From Daphnia carinata (taxonomy: Eukaryota): a stretch of 64,000 bases of DNA. The position numbers were made by a program, and so were the translations under genes. Shown here in pieces: positions 35,090-48,169 of this stretch (position 1 is its first letter; the number at the start of each line of letters is the position of its first letter). The notes below the pieces were generated by a model, which saw only the letters and a list, made by a program, of their open reading frames with translations, made no database searches and was not told where the DNA came from. The stretch is taken from contig NC_081332.1 of the NCBI RefSeq assembly GCF_022539665.2, positions 1,674,001 through 1,738,000 of the forward strand, in the 5' to 3' direction.

Positions 35090-36324
35090 TACTATATTTC
35101 CACTAGATGGTGCTGAAGGTTCACCAGACTTTAATGTCGGGAGCCAGCTGTTCTATTAAGGCAATAAGTTTTACCCAAAATAAAAATAAAAAATCTTGTT
35201 TTTTTTCTGATTTACTGGTTAAATAATTCTGTGATGCATATTTTTCAAGACATCTAGTGGACAAGTGGCTAACTCCGATTCGTTTTCATAGCCACCACGT
35301 CAGCTATTCTGCCAAAATTTCTATCAGCTGTTTTATTTCGCGTGGCGTCGGATTTAGGATGGAAGCATGAAATGAACGTTTCCCTTCTCGAAATTTTACC
35401 GTCGATTTCGCCGTGCCTAGACCTGGATTTTGTGGGTTGAATCTGTGCTAAAAGGTAAGAGTAATTTCTTAACGGTATTATGGCAGCTATTCATTCGTAA
35501 ACTATTGTGTAAAACATTCTAAATTATTCAAAAGAGGAGCATTGCTTAACTTTGCCAGCACGTTTTTGATCTCCATTAGTCAAATACACCGCTTCGGTGC
35601 ATGGCTTGATTTAACCCAGTTTTTCATCTCTGTTAGGCAACTACACATTTAATACCAAAGGTACTACTTGCAGAAGGCAGTTCTTAACAATCCTTTCTCT
35701 TCTCTGGATCCTAGTCTGTGCAACCTGGAGCTCTTACATACAAAATTTCTCAGATCCAGATTCCATAAGGTACTCGTAGGCTATCTTACAATTTATGGTT
35801 TAGTTTTTAACTGTACTTCTAGATTTGTGGGAGATACCTGGTGTGACGTGGTGGCAGCAGAGTCATTTGCCAGAAAGGAATGCTGCTGATGTTCCATTAT
35901 CAGTGTAAATGAAAAATTTCCAGTATCATTGTTGCATTGTTGGATTACTTATTCCTTCAAGAAACGGAGAAAGATTCAAGATCAATTTCGTCATTTCTTA
36001 TTTCCTAAGTGGCTAGTCAAGTGTCACATTGTGCTGGTCACTGAAAACTCGGGTTTACATAACTTCTTTGCCAATTGTGTTTTGAGATTCTAGTTTTTTT
36101 TTGTAGTTGACAGTAAATTTGAACAAAGAAAGAATATTCGTAGCAATTTTTGTCTGTTATGGCTAGACTTCAAGTCAAACAAGTTGATAGAAAAAAATAA
36201 GCTAAGTTTATCTTTTGACTTTTAATAAGTCAACTACCATAAAAATGAAATACACAAAACAAATATATAAATTTTAAATTGTTTTTATTGTCCCACCTCC
36301 ACCCTTCAATTCCACCACTATTTT

Positions 36325-36395
36325 ACAATACATATATATACATATAAATACATACATAAGTACACACACATACATACATAAATACATACATACAC
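36325..36395. repeat. (TACA)n/(TA)n microsatellite
   Basis: Imperfect catacatacata runs. Confidence 0.85.
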
Positions 36396-36408
36396 TTAAC
36401 TAAATTAA

Positions 36409-36738
36409 CCTGTTGGCTGCCACGCCATGCAACTCGTACGTTGCTTAAGCTACAGTCGCTACATGTCGGGTCCGAAGGATCCCCAACCAAGGTGGGGCTT
36501 GTCCGAAGACAAGCCCGGGCTGGCACGGTGAAAGAATCCATTCTAGGAATGCACACCCCAGGATATCTCTCACCGTGCCGACAAGGAGAAGTCCCTACTG
36601 GTGCATTGCCTAGCGCCTAATGGCTTTATGCCATTAGGCGCAATGGCGACTGTTCCCCCCATGGCCATGAGGAGAACAGCGCCCAAGTCCCTACAGCTAC
36701 CAAAAAAAATAGGAGCAAACGGCGTGGCAGCCAACAGG
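36409..36738. mobile_element. 330-bp piggyBac-type MITE with perfect 18-bp TIRs and TTAA duplication
   Basis: TTAA|CCTGTTGGCTGCCACGCC ... GGCGTGGCAGCCAACAGG|TTAA. Confidence 0.88.
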
Positions 36739-36796
36739 TTAACTTATACACTAGAATGCAAAACAAAACAAAACAATACCAAGTCGAATCCCGTAG

Positions 36797-37350
36797 ATGG
36801 CGATGAGATGACGGCGATGGCGATGGAGATGGCGATGGAGATGGCGATGGAGATGGCGATGGAGATGGCGAAGGAGACGGCGAAGGAGGCGGCGAAGGAG
36901 GCGGCGAAGGAGGCGGCGAAGGAGGCGGCGATGGAGACGGCGAAGACGGCGATGGAGGCGGCGATGGAGACAGCGAAGACGGCGATGGAGGCGGCGATGG
37001 AGACGGCGATGGAGGCGGCGATGGAGACGGCGATGGAGACGGCGAAGACGGCGATGGAGGCGGCGATGGAGACGGCGATGGAGACGGCGATGGAGGCGGC
37101 GATGGAGGCGGCGATGGAGACGGCGATGGAGGCGGCGATGGAGGCGGCGATGGAGACGGCGAAGACGGCGATGGAGGCGGCGATGGAGGCGGCGATGGAG
37201 ACGGCGAAGACGGCGATGGAGGCGGCGATGGAGGCGGCGATGGAGACGGCGAAGACGGCGATGGAGACGGCGAAGACGGCGATGGAGGCGGCGATGGAGG
37301 CGGCGATGGAGACGGCGAAGACGGCGATGACAGTGATGGCGATGAGGCGA
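36797..37350. repeat. GC-rich minisatellite of 12-bp and 9-bp units (GGCGATGGAGRC / GGCGAAGAC)
   Basis: Directly visible tandem array with higher-order repetition. Confidence 0.95.
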
Positions 37351-40300
37351 CTATCAGGATTTTCTTTTTATTGACCCTATGTAAATGTACCAGATATAAA
37401 GGAATTAGATAAAAGAACAACATAGGAATTTAACAAAAGAGATCTAAGTATGCTTATGGTTTACCGGGATTTTAAAACTGATACAAGTTAAATAACGAAA
37501 ACTAGCTCGTTTAGTTTCCCAGGATTACTGGGACCATAATATGAACTGACTGAAGACAAGAAATGTTACTTCTGTAAAATAGTTTTTCATTCAAAAGAAA
37601 TCCTTTGCTCAATGGTTATCAAACATTCCATATGTTCAATCTTCTTCAAAACGAGCTTGTCACAAACAGTTGTCATAAAGCTTTGTTAGTTGAACGTACA
37701 TTCAAGAAGTTCAAACAAACAAATATTTAGTACAACAGAAGTCACGATATTGAATATAAACTTGAAAAAGGTTAATAAACCATTTAGTTTATATTATTAC
37801 AATACAGATGAAAAAGGCTGATAAGTTAAATACTGATAGCTTGGCTAGTGTGCTCGTTATCGAAACAGTTAAGCCAATCCTTTAACCTCTACTCTCAATT
37901 CTATGTAAGAGACTCACTGCCAAGTAATACTCAACAATTGCCAATAATATTTCTATTATGCTCTGAAGAAGAGCTTAAAGATATTTTACGCTACAAAAAT
38001 CTTACGGCTGATTTTCCAAGGCACCAGCTGAGCATCGACTTCCTTACTGTCTGTGTTCAAGTTATCATTGCTGGTTTACATAAAACGCTTCCATCTTCCT
38101 AATTCTAACAATAAAGCAAAATAATAATGCCTGAATAAAAATTATGATCGTATGTTACTTACTCGTTGATGTAGACGCACAAAACAGGGGGAAAACTTAA
38201 AAAAAACAACACAGCAAAAATGTTTGCATGGTGATATGGCTAATGGCGGACATGACAGACGACGGTGGCGTTCAATCTTTCGGGTTTTAATGCGAAGCAA
38301 CCGAGATAAGCATTCTCAATTTTTAAATATGCCCCCAGTGATTGATCAGATTTTTAATTCAAGGTTCCTTACTGTTTATATGCAAATTTCCGGAGTGTGT
38401 CGGAAGTAACAAAGAACTTCTGAACTACTAATTGCACAACGAAACGAATCACAGATGTCTAATACCCATAAAATCGCAGAACGCAACTTTCCAGCGAGTA
38501 TATTCGTTTGTTACGAGTAATGAAAAGCCGGACAAAGTTGGTATCGGAAAAAAAATTAACATAGAACATAGCGCGTAACATATCTAGACAAGCAGCTTGC
38601 ATGATCAGCCAGTAGTAAACTAGTAAAATAAACACGAAAACAGCCGCCACACCATTACACTTATGATGAAAATGCTTAAAATGTTTCGCATATTAATGTT
38701 CATTTTTTAGTTTTTGCGAAGTTGAAAAAATATTACCGGAAGTGACCGAAAGTAGCCTATAACTCCAGAAATAATGGTCCAATAGCAAAAATGAATATGA
38801 TATTCGGGATCCTTATGAAATTTTAGGTGTGCCTGGCCTCTTTTGCCCTGTTTTTGGCGAAAAGTCCAATTTGGCCAAAATCGCGATTTTTCCTGAACAG
38901 TTCAGCTAAATTTGCGATTTTTGACGATTTTCGGGTATTTTCTACTGACACATGAATTCGACCCCAAATTTCAAGAGGATTACGAAAATATCGCTCTTTT
39001 TTCGTTCAGACCAACAGATAATAAGTTATTAAGCATTTTAAAACCGGAAGTTATACGGAAAGTTAAAATTTCGGGAATTAAAAAAATGAACTATGTTCTC
39101 CTTTACGAGGTACACAAGATTTGCATAGTTTCAAACGTAAACCATGGGGAATTAACATAATATGACCTTTCAAAGTTCTTAAAGTTTAGGTTTCCTGTGC
39201 GACCTCTATACCACTTTAAAGGACTACCGCACACATAATAATTGAAGCTCATGTTTCAAAACCATCACTTAATTTGGCAGCCCTCCGAACTAATGTGATA
39301 GTGGAACAGATGTGGTTAGCACCAGGAGAAAGTTAATTGGAGATCCAATTCTTGCAGGATATTGATAGCAAATAGAACATCTTGTAATAATATTTTACTC
39401 AAAATCAGTTATTTATGTTCGACATGGCAGATCAGGTTTGCCACACAAACACATGGTTCGAACTCGCAATTCAACGGCGATGCCGAAAATTCAGTTTGGG
39501 TTTACCTGGAAGTTGTAGTGTTGGAGTTATTCAAATTCGAAGTATAACATGGACTTCAAAGTTCTTAAAGTTCATTCTTCAGGTACGACTTATACACCAC
39601 TTCAAGGCAATACCACACACACAATAAGGCAATGACATATTTCATTTGAATTGATCACCTTCACACGATTACACTTATTAAATGGAAACCTACAGGGCAA
39701 GCCCTACTGTGGTACAACTATTCATAAAAATGATTTTCCTGGCATCTGGCGGGCGTAGGTAGATTTGGTAGGGGTGTTGTTAGCTTGTTTACTACCATAT
39801 TGTGGTATGAGCATGAAGCACACCCCCAGTAGCAATGTTCTTCTCTTGCTGAGGACTAGTTGAAAACAGTGTACGCCATTACTAGCACTAATGACATTAA
39901 CTTACCCTTCTGTGTTCTTGAGAAAATTGAACCATCCAGCCACTGTCAACCACCGTGATGCAATGCAATCGGTCGGCACAACGTACAATGAACGCTACCA
40001 ACCACCAGGAAAACCAATTTTCAATAAGTCACAAATTCATCCGTCAGTTTTCTTCCTCACTCTTGTTTTCCCTTAAGGTTTTTTTACAATATCGAAATGG
40101 CCGTCTTAGTTACGTTTTTCAATTGAGGTGTAACTTTAGGATTTCAAATCTTGCTAACATAACAAACTATTGTTTTTTAAATATTCTCCATAGGATTCAG
40201 CAGTCACTACTTACTGTGATTTCATCTAAATGATTGTGGCCTACCTGTGAAGCATCCTAGATTGTTCATTTCAACAAACATATTCAATTTCTGAGTAGCC

Positions 40301-40521
40301 AATCTAACTTCACATTTTATGAGAAATTTTATGTTTCTCAAACTCTCCTATTTTGATTATCATTCCTATTAACCCTGTTCCTTACCATATCTTTCTTTTT
40401 TTCGCTCTACCATCTGTAGTAGACGCAAGGTACGCTAACGATAGAAACAAAAATGTGAAAATGTACACATCCAGTTTCACGAATTGGTGTTTCAAGTACA
40501 AAATTGCAAAATCCTATCTTA

Positions 40522-43118
40522 TTAGTGCCTTTCCTGGTGCTCGACCTTTCTAACTTTTACTTGGAAAACATTCACTAGGAATGCTGGTTTCATTTCGATA
40601 GCTTCCTTGATTGTAGATGGGAAGGAAGTCTTCCTGGTCTCCGGAAGCAAGAAACATAGGAGTCCAACCAATATATTTATGGTGGCAAAAACGAAGAAAG
40701 GCATACTGGCGTGGACATCACTTCTCTTCCCCTATAAATTTCAAAACAGACACGTTACAACTTCTTATTAAAACGTAACCCAGCATTTAAGTGTCACCCA
40801 ATCCGAGATGATAGGGGCCAAAATTCCTCCTATTCGGCCGCAAGTTGAGCATAACCCGACGATTGCACTTCTGCCGAAAGTCGGAAACAGTTCAGAGGTA
40901 TATGAGTAGAGAGTGGCCGTCACACAGGCAGCAAACAGCTTAGCAACCATTGAAAACACTGTTTTAACAGATGTCCGTTCTTTTATACGATCAAATTAAG
41001 TTTACGTTCAGTTAAACTTCCTTACTACCCAAACATTCGGGAAAAGGGTAAGAATTTTAGTTTACCAACGGGTAGCAAACTGGCCATGAGGCAGCAAAGA
41101 CCGCTGACTAGTAAGCCACAGGTTAACATAGGTCTTCGCCCAATGTTCTCCACTACAACCATGCACAATAAGTAGGCAGGAATTTCAACTAGCCTAGTGA
41201 CATTACAGAAAGGAAAAGGTTAAATTAAAAAACATATTGATGTGTTACACTTTGCCACTTGCATAGAAAGTCCGTAGTTTATGTGAAAGTTTCCCACTAG
41301 GTTTGCAGCAGAATACGTTAAGCCGTAGTATCCCATCACTCCAGCCATCCTGTGTTATGCATAAACCGGGAACAGGGATGGTAAACATAAAAAATTGAAA
41401 CGTATTATTAGATACTTTATGATACATACCAGGCCATGGAAATGATCATTAATCGGATCATCAAAATGTTTGACCTCAAAATATCAGTCAGGCTCTCAAC
41501 CTTAGCTTTCTCTAAATATCTTGAATAATCGCTTCCATTTTGTACTGCATTTAATTCTATCGTGGAAATATGTCCTAACCGCTAACCACGAATCAAGCAA
41601 CGTTAATTATTTTCAATTAATAGCACCTATTGATAGATAGCGTAAAAAGAAACAGCTGACATACCGAATTCTCGATATGGCGTTTAGTTTCTCCATGACA
41701 AGAGGCTAAAACGTAGTCAGGAACAACGTGGATTTGATTCACATCAGTTTTCTGCAACAGGAGCTGTATCACTTGAGGATAATGCTTCTTTGTTATCAGC
41801 CACCTAATTGATTCTGGTAATATCCTATACAGTATAAAAATATGATTTACCTTAAGTAAACGGATTTCTCATTGTGTTTATGGGTAACATTTTAAAAAGG
41901 GAAAGCCAACCAACCAATAAAAAGTTGTAAAACCAAACATGGGAATGCTAATAACAAGCTGAAGTAACCTCCAGTCTCGAACGGAATAAGCAACTATACC
42001 CAGACAGGCAGATCCTGCTGCATAAATAATTTGGTAAATGAATCCGCAAGTGATTCTGTACTTGTTCCCGACGGCTTCAACTCCTAACCAATCCGTAATA
42101 ATAAACATTTTCAGTGTGACTTCATGAAGTGGATTTACCCCAAACAAAGATGATTAGGAAGTGGCCAGAAGCGCCGATTCCTGACACAAATCTTAATGAG
42201 CAGAATGTAATCCAATCAGGTGAAAATGCGGAAGCGGTTGTAACGATCGCAAGTGTAAATACGTTCAGCGTAAATGTTTTCCTTCGTCCGATACTATATA
42301 ATTTACATTAAAAACATTAGTTAAGAGGTAAAATGTGCTGAATTAAAATTGTTATAGCTCACGTATCCCCTATGTAACCAATGCTAACTGCTCCTACCAG
42401 CATTCCTAACATAAACAGGCTGCTAGCAATAGTTTGCTTCCATTCACTTTCACACGTTAACTCGAACTAGAATCAAACAAGCAAATATTATGGACTTCGG
42501 AATCTGCTGAAAATAGTCGATCAACTTACATCACTGACGATGGTTGAACGGAAAACTGAGGTATCGTAAACCCAATGGCTGCATTTTTCCAGCAATGTGT
42601 CATGCATGGACTGGTTGAGATCGCAATGTTTGTTCCTAGCCCAAGTAATGTTGTACCTATAACATTGAGCTATAGCCTTTTCCTTATGCAACGGAATCAC
42701 TTGGTTGAGCCATGGGGGAGCGAAATATGAACCGTTATTCGATAAAGTTGTAACATTTTCGTCACAAGCTTCTACAAAGCATCTAAAGTGAAAAGCAAAT
42801 ACAAAATTAAAAACATAATAAACGGTGAATGGTTAATTCTTTTCGTGTTTAATCCTCTCCTTACCTATAATTGGGCGTCCCTCCAGTGAAAGTGTAAGAC
42901 ATCACGACAATTCCCGGGAAGAAGGCTGGTAAACAGAGCCATAGAAATGTATTAAGTTGTAAGTTCCGTGTTTTGCCAAATTTTTCCAGAATATCTTCAT
43001 AGTCGACTGCAGTAAGTTCTTTTCCACTTTGCTGTTCGTCTTCGGGGGTATTTGTTTTTTGAGCTTGCTGGTTTGGCGATGGATACGATCCTAAACCACT
43101 AGGGCACACTGACGCCAT
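40522..43118 (-). CDS. Organic cation transporter (SLC22 / Orct-like), multi-exon MFS protein
   Basis: DYEDILEKFG; RDWRLLQL; LPESIRWL; LVEIPAY; YTSELFPTFGRS..RIGGILAP; LLPETRK. Confidence 0.92.
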
Positions 43119-46100
43119 AAGTGTTCAGCCAAAGCAAATAACTTCGCTGATTTTGAATTTGATGCCTGTTAACTGCTGTTGACGTTATGATACTGCATCG
43201 CACAAACACTACGGTCGACCGTGGCTTTTGTAAGTCTGCCATAAATAAACTATCAGACCACGTTCTACTTCGACTTATTGCATATTTAAGATGTATCGAT
43301 TTCCAGCAGATTTTGGTGGCAATGCAGTTACTGGAGCAACAACGCAGAAGTCTCCATGGTGATCAATACTTGTGTCCATAATATGGCGTTTGACCAATTT
43401 AAACTACGATATTTGTCTTTTCTCGTCTACGCCTAATGTCTTTTCCCTCACGAAATTGGCGTTGACACCGCCAAATTTCACTTGACATCCAGGGTGAATA
43501 ATAGTACAATTCAAACTCTGACATGACACATTCTGAAATGCTGTTAACAACTTTAAATGAAACTAACTAACCTGCTACTGAGTTGGTAGTAAATAATTTT
43601 GGTTTAGTAACGAGAAGACTAGAAATTACTAACCAGGAGCTGAACAACAAAGGATTGGAAAGCAGGTCAATAAGGGAAAATAGGGGAAAACCATGGACGG
43701 TCATACGCTTTTCAGTTTGAAATGAAAATTAAAATGTTAGCTTAAACCACGGTCAAAATCTTCATTAATGAAAAAGACTTACATTTTCCTCTTAGTTATT
43801 ATCAGTGTTACATTCTGTTAGCTCTAGACCGATAGGGACTGTTTCCTAAGCAGGGATAGACGAGTGAAGTTTTACGCTAATGCGCATAAAAACCAGAACA
43901 GTAGTTTTTATATCTTCATGCCTGTTAAGTCAGAAACACGAAGTCTAAAGAAACTTGGAGAAGTACGTAAATCAAATAAAGACTAAATGGCATTTGAACC
44001 TTACCTATCAACTTCAATTTCCTTGTGTCCTGAAATTTTCATGATGGGATGATGTGAATCTAGTCAATATAAGAATTGGACAGGTGATATCAAACTGCTA
44101 CATGCTAAAAAGGCTATGACGACACACTTGAAACTGATACTTGCCACCTCATCAAAAACATTTAATATCCCAATAGGAATTTTATTGGACACTACACCTG
44201 TGACGCAAACAGCAGCCAAAACTGGGCCCAGCTTAGATTTTTTTCTTCTTCTTCAACAATCTTATGTCCTCAATACTGAAAGTACACTGCAACTGTACAC
44301 TTGGTTTAATCTCAAGCAAAACATTTAAAAAGTAACAATTACTTGATTCACCTGGAATTCCTACTCTGTTTCAATCCATTACAGTATGGCATTTCGATTT
44401 TGTGAACAAATAGGCCTCACAATACGCCTCTCAGATTCTGGTGGTCTCAGATCACACGAAAAGTTTCGGTTAATTTAAAATGAGTGAATCACATGAGTTA
44501 CCGTGCTGTTCAGAATGACTGCATCTGGTTCCCAATCTTATTTAGTTGAATCACTTGTAGGCCTTAGATCAGCAAACAATTTCCTGGATATCGACAAAAT
44601 GATGATAGCTTTACCTTTGTGTACAGAGCACGCAAGTTGATACAGCTCATGTCTAAACAAAATGGCCACTGAAACACGAGACTCAAATTGACTCTGGCCT
44701 TCTCTTTGCCTAACCTCTTACCCCTTCAATTCTATTGGTTGATGGTTGGAATTCGGCCATCTTACTTTCAAAAATGCGGGAAGAGAAAATGGTTTCGGCA
44801 ACTTTTCCTGCAAACGTTTCCGAAAATAGGTTCTACAATTCTGTAAATAAATTTCTTTTTTTCATTATCAACAACATATGTTTAGTAACCTTATGACATC
44901 TTTCATCATGCTAGGCAACTTGTTCAAACAATGTCAGGAGAACTGAATAACGAACAATGCACTCTGTTGACAAACTGTTGGCGGTCTACTACAGCCTACT
45001 GCAGTAACATTACTTTTTCAAGAGGTTAACAAAGTGCATGGTTCATTAATCAAGTGCATACTGAAGTTAGCCACTATGCATACTAAAGGTAGCCACTATC
45101 AGGCTGAAAGGGTTTCTAATAAGGGTGGGTTCCTTTAACCCTTTATGAACACAACCATTTCGCTAATTAATTGTAGAACACTGAACTTTTTTCCGCTTGC
45201 AGCACCTATATTAAGAAATTTGACCAAAATTAGTAAACATTAAATAAATACAATTTCTTACATGAAAAAATTGGTCCAAATTTCTTCCTTCATAAAATTG
45301 TTTCAGGTCACATACATCTAACGATGGCAAACTACTGCTAGGCACGACTGACACAGATTCAAGCTTGTTGGCTTAAGGACTGTATCACCAAGATTTTTAA
45401 AATGCTGAATAAATCAAACAGTGCAACTGAAATAAAGCAACATATTAGTTGCCCAACATAAAGAAAGTTGCAGTTGGCTTTTGAAGGGCTTTTGAGGTTG
45501 AAAATCATTTTCTAAATAAGTGCAGGAGAAAATGACAGCAATCCTGATTTAAATCACTATAAAACCCGAATCAAACATAAACTCCAAAAAATTACTTCCT
45601 TGGTTTAAACCTGAAGGATATCTGCCCATTACTAGGACTACTAGCTTCTACCCATGCTGACACCGTTTACACTGAAGTTCCGCTGGCCATAATAAATTGC
45701 AATTGAAAAATACAAAATAGGACGATTTTTTCAGGAGAAAGATTTCTAAAAGCTTCCTTTAAACTTGCTTTAATTTATACCTACATTTACTGTAAAGATT
45801 TATACCAACAATTAATTAACACTCCTTTCCACCCATGAAACCATGAACCATGCTTCTGCTTCTGCGGTTTTATTACTTTTCTGTTCACAGCGCCACCGCC
45901 AGTGTTTCCACTTTCCGCAAAGTGGTATCCCTAAAACGTTGCCAGACTGGGGACATAAATCCCTATTTAAACAAAATAAAATCCCCAGAAAAATCCCTGT
46001 TACTTTCATGGCATACTGGGCATACTCACATGGCCTACTATAATAACGGCCTGTCAGCGCGCAATACCTCCAGCGCCTAAAACTACATTGCCAGAGGGGC

Positions 46101-46166
46101 TCCACTTTCCACTGTTTGGTAACGAATGCAGAATTGAAATGTGTGGGAAAAGCAGTGGAAAGTGGA
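46101..46166. repeat. 14-bp perfect inverted repeat with 38-nt spacer
   Basis: TCCACTTTCCACTG (46101-46114) / CAGTGGAAAGTGGA (46153-46166). Confidence 0.85.
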
Positions 46167-46759
46167 ACCTAGCGCCGCGCGTGGCCAGCTTACGGTAGGG
46201 AAGGGAAAAAAGAAATGACTGAGGCTAGATTCGAACTCGGGTCCAGCTTATATATAGCTTGTTATATTGTTATATAGCTTATATATAGCATGTTCTCTGC
46301 CTCGCCAATAATAATAGTAATAATCGCCAATAATAAAGAAGATAAGAAACATTCTCTATTTGCAGCTACTTACAAAACCAAACCTCAAACAAAACCACCA
46401 CTCTTTCATGCTTGAACTTCATCAACAACAAACAACCTAATAGTGTTAGATACAAAAATGAAAATAAATACAAAAAGGAACAACAAAAACTTACGGGTAG
46501 GGAATTGGGTCACATATTCCGATGATAAGCTGCCTGCATCCACGAGCCGTCTTTCAGGCCGTGGGGAGGCTAACGAACAGCCTACGTTCAACGATCACCT
46601 TTTCTCTACCTTTCAGCTTGTGGTACGATCTTCAAGGTAGTGAACAGTACTACAGATCGAGTTTTTGCCATTTTGAGCCTGACAAGGCTTTTTTTGCCTT
46701 TTTTTAGCCTGGCAAGGCTTTTTTTTGATGTGCCATTTAGCCCTTTATAGTAGGCATGG

Positions 46760-46999
46760 CTCTTCTTTTTTCTCTTTTCTTTCTTCTTCTTTTCTCTTTT
46801 CTTGTTTTTCTTTCTTCTTCTTTTCCCTCTTCTTTTCTCTCTTCTTTTTTCTTTTTTTCTTTCTTGAAAGCGTAGAATCTTGTGTATCTTGAATGATGAA
46901 TTGGTGGGAAAGGGAGGGAGGGAAATTGGCGGTGTCGGGACTTGAACCCGGGGCCTTCAGAATGCGAAGCGAAGGTGGTAACCACTGTGCCAGGACCGC
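46760..46999 (-). mobile_element. tRNA(Ala-like)-derived SINE-like element with A/G-rich tail
   Basis: Head 46999-46927 has A box TGGCACAGTGG, B box GGTTCAAGTCC and a TTCGCAT loop but mispaired stems; followed by a short body and a ~105-nt AAG-rich tail. Confidence 0.65.
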
Positions 47000-48169
47000 A
47001 CATCTCAAACAAATTTATTTTTCATCGACCTTCGTTCTAATACCGGAGCTATATAATATGTGACTAATAGTAGTGTCGTGCTGTAGTAGGGCGCTGTGGT
47101 ATAACACTGAGATCATACGTCGACTGTCCGTGTTCGGTTCTTATAGACAACATTGCTTCAAAAATTTTTTAATTATTTTTATAAATGTAAATAAAAAAAA
47201 TAAAATAACCCATTTTATTTATTTTAGAACAGTTTTAAATCGAACACATTTTTAAAGCAATTAACCAGTGCCCGTCAAAGCCAAACAAGTTACCAGAAAA
47301 ATTTAAATTGGCTACGGAAATAAAACCATCGGATTGCCCCATCAATGATGGGTCAAGTGCTTGTCAGAAATTCAGTCGGAGACTTGAGTCTTAAAAAATT
47401 CGGCGTGCGATATGTTTGGCACAGACGTTTGGAGGATCAAATGGAGTTCGTGGTGTATCCTAGTCAGTGTTACTTTCTGATAAGCGTACCGTTCACCATT
47501 GTCCGCTTGGTGGCTCTTATTGAGGAACATTTTACTTTTGAAGTTGCATAGAAGCGCCAAAAGCAACAGCGGTTTGGCCAAAAATCTCAAAATCCCGAGA
47601 AATCCCCAGAAAATTAAATAGGCCCTGGATAATCCCGGAAACCCTAGATTTCCATAACTGCACCCTAGATTCCAAAAATTTTCCTTAAATCCCCCTAATT
47701 AGGGTAATATCCCTAGAAGTGGAATGGCTGGCCACCGCTCTCTTTCGCTGAGCGCCACGTCATTGAGCGGTGAAATTACGAACATTCAGATTAGGGGTTA
47801 CGCTAAATGCTTTTAACAGTCAGGCAACAAATAGCGACAGCGAGCAGTACATTAGAAAAGAATTACAGCTTTATCATAATTTCTGCGAACCGAGGTAGCA
47901 TAGATTTTGTAATTGTTAGTATTATCATACATTGTGTTATCAAGTTCATATCGATAAAAAGGCAAGTAATTTTGTTCAAGTTCAAATTCGTTTAGTTCCA
48001 ATTATAGACATCCAAAACTAAACTAAGCCATGAATCCCAAATTGTCAGGAACACTGTTGTTTAGTACTCATGTGGTTAATTACAGGCATAAGTTATTGTC
48101 TTATTTAAAGGAGCTCTTTATCAATTGAACTTAAAACAGTGTGAATTATTTTTATTGTTATAGGACATC

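Larger units (their letters stand above)
33340..39815. mobile_element. Long imperfect inverted repeat (33340-34225 vs 38578-39240 and 39545-39815) from non-autonomous DNA transposon copies, Kolobok-like TTAA junctions
   Basis: For example aggaaaaatcgcgattttggccaaattggacttttcgccaaaaa (~33917) vs its reverse complement (~38851); junctions TTAA-GGTGGTATA (33590) and TATACCACT-TTAA (39219). Confidence 0.75.

Noticed and set aside
36601..37423. 257-aa and 265-aa ORFs read as extensin-like or helical-repeat proteins
   Set aside because: They arise from a stop-free minisatellite and run into a MITE; no supporting gene structure.
45135..45150. TTAACCCTTT resembling a Pokey/piggyBac end
   Set aside because: No matching opposite terminus or transposase found.
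46927..46999. Functional tRNA-Ala(CGC)
   Set aside because: D, anticodon and acceptor stems are mispaired; better explained as a SINE head or pseudogene.
46737..47012. Lys/Glu-rich ORFs
   Set aside because: Translation of the A/G-rich tail.
47775..47795. Heat-shock element upstream of hsc70
   Set aside because: Only two nGAAn units (GAAcaTTC) are clear, short of a canonical three-unit HSE.
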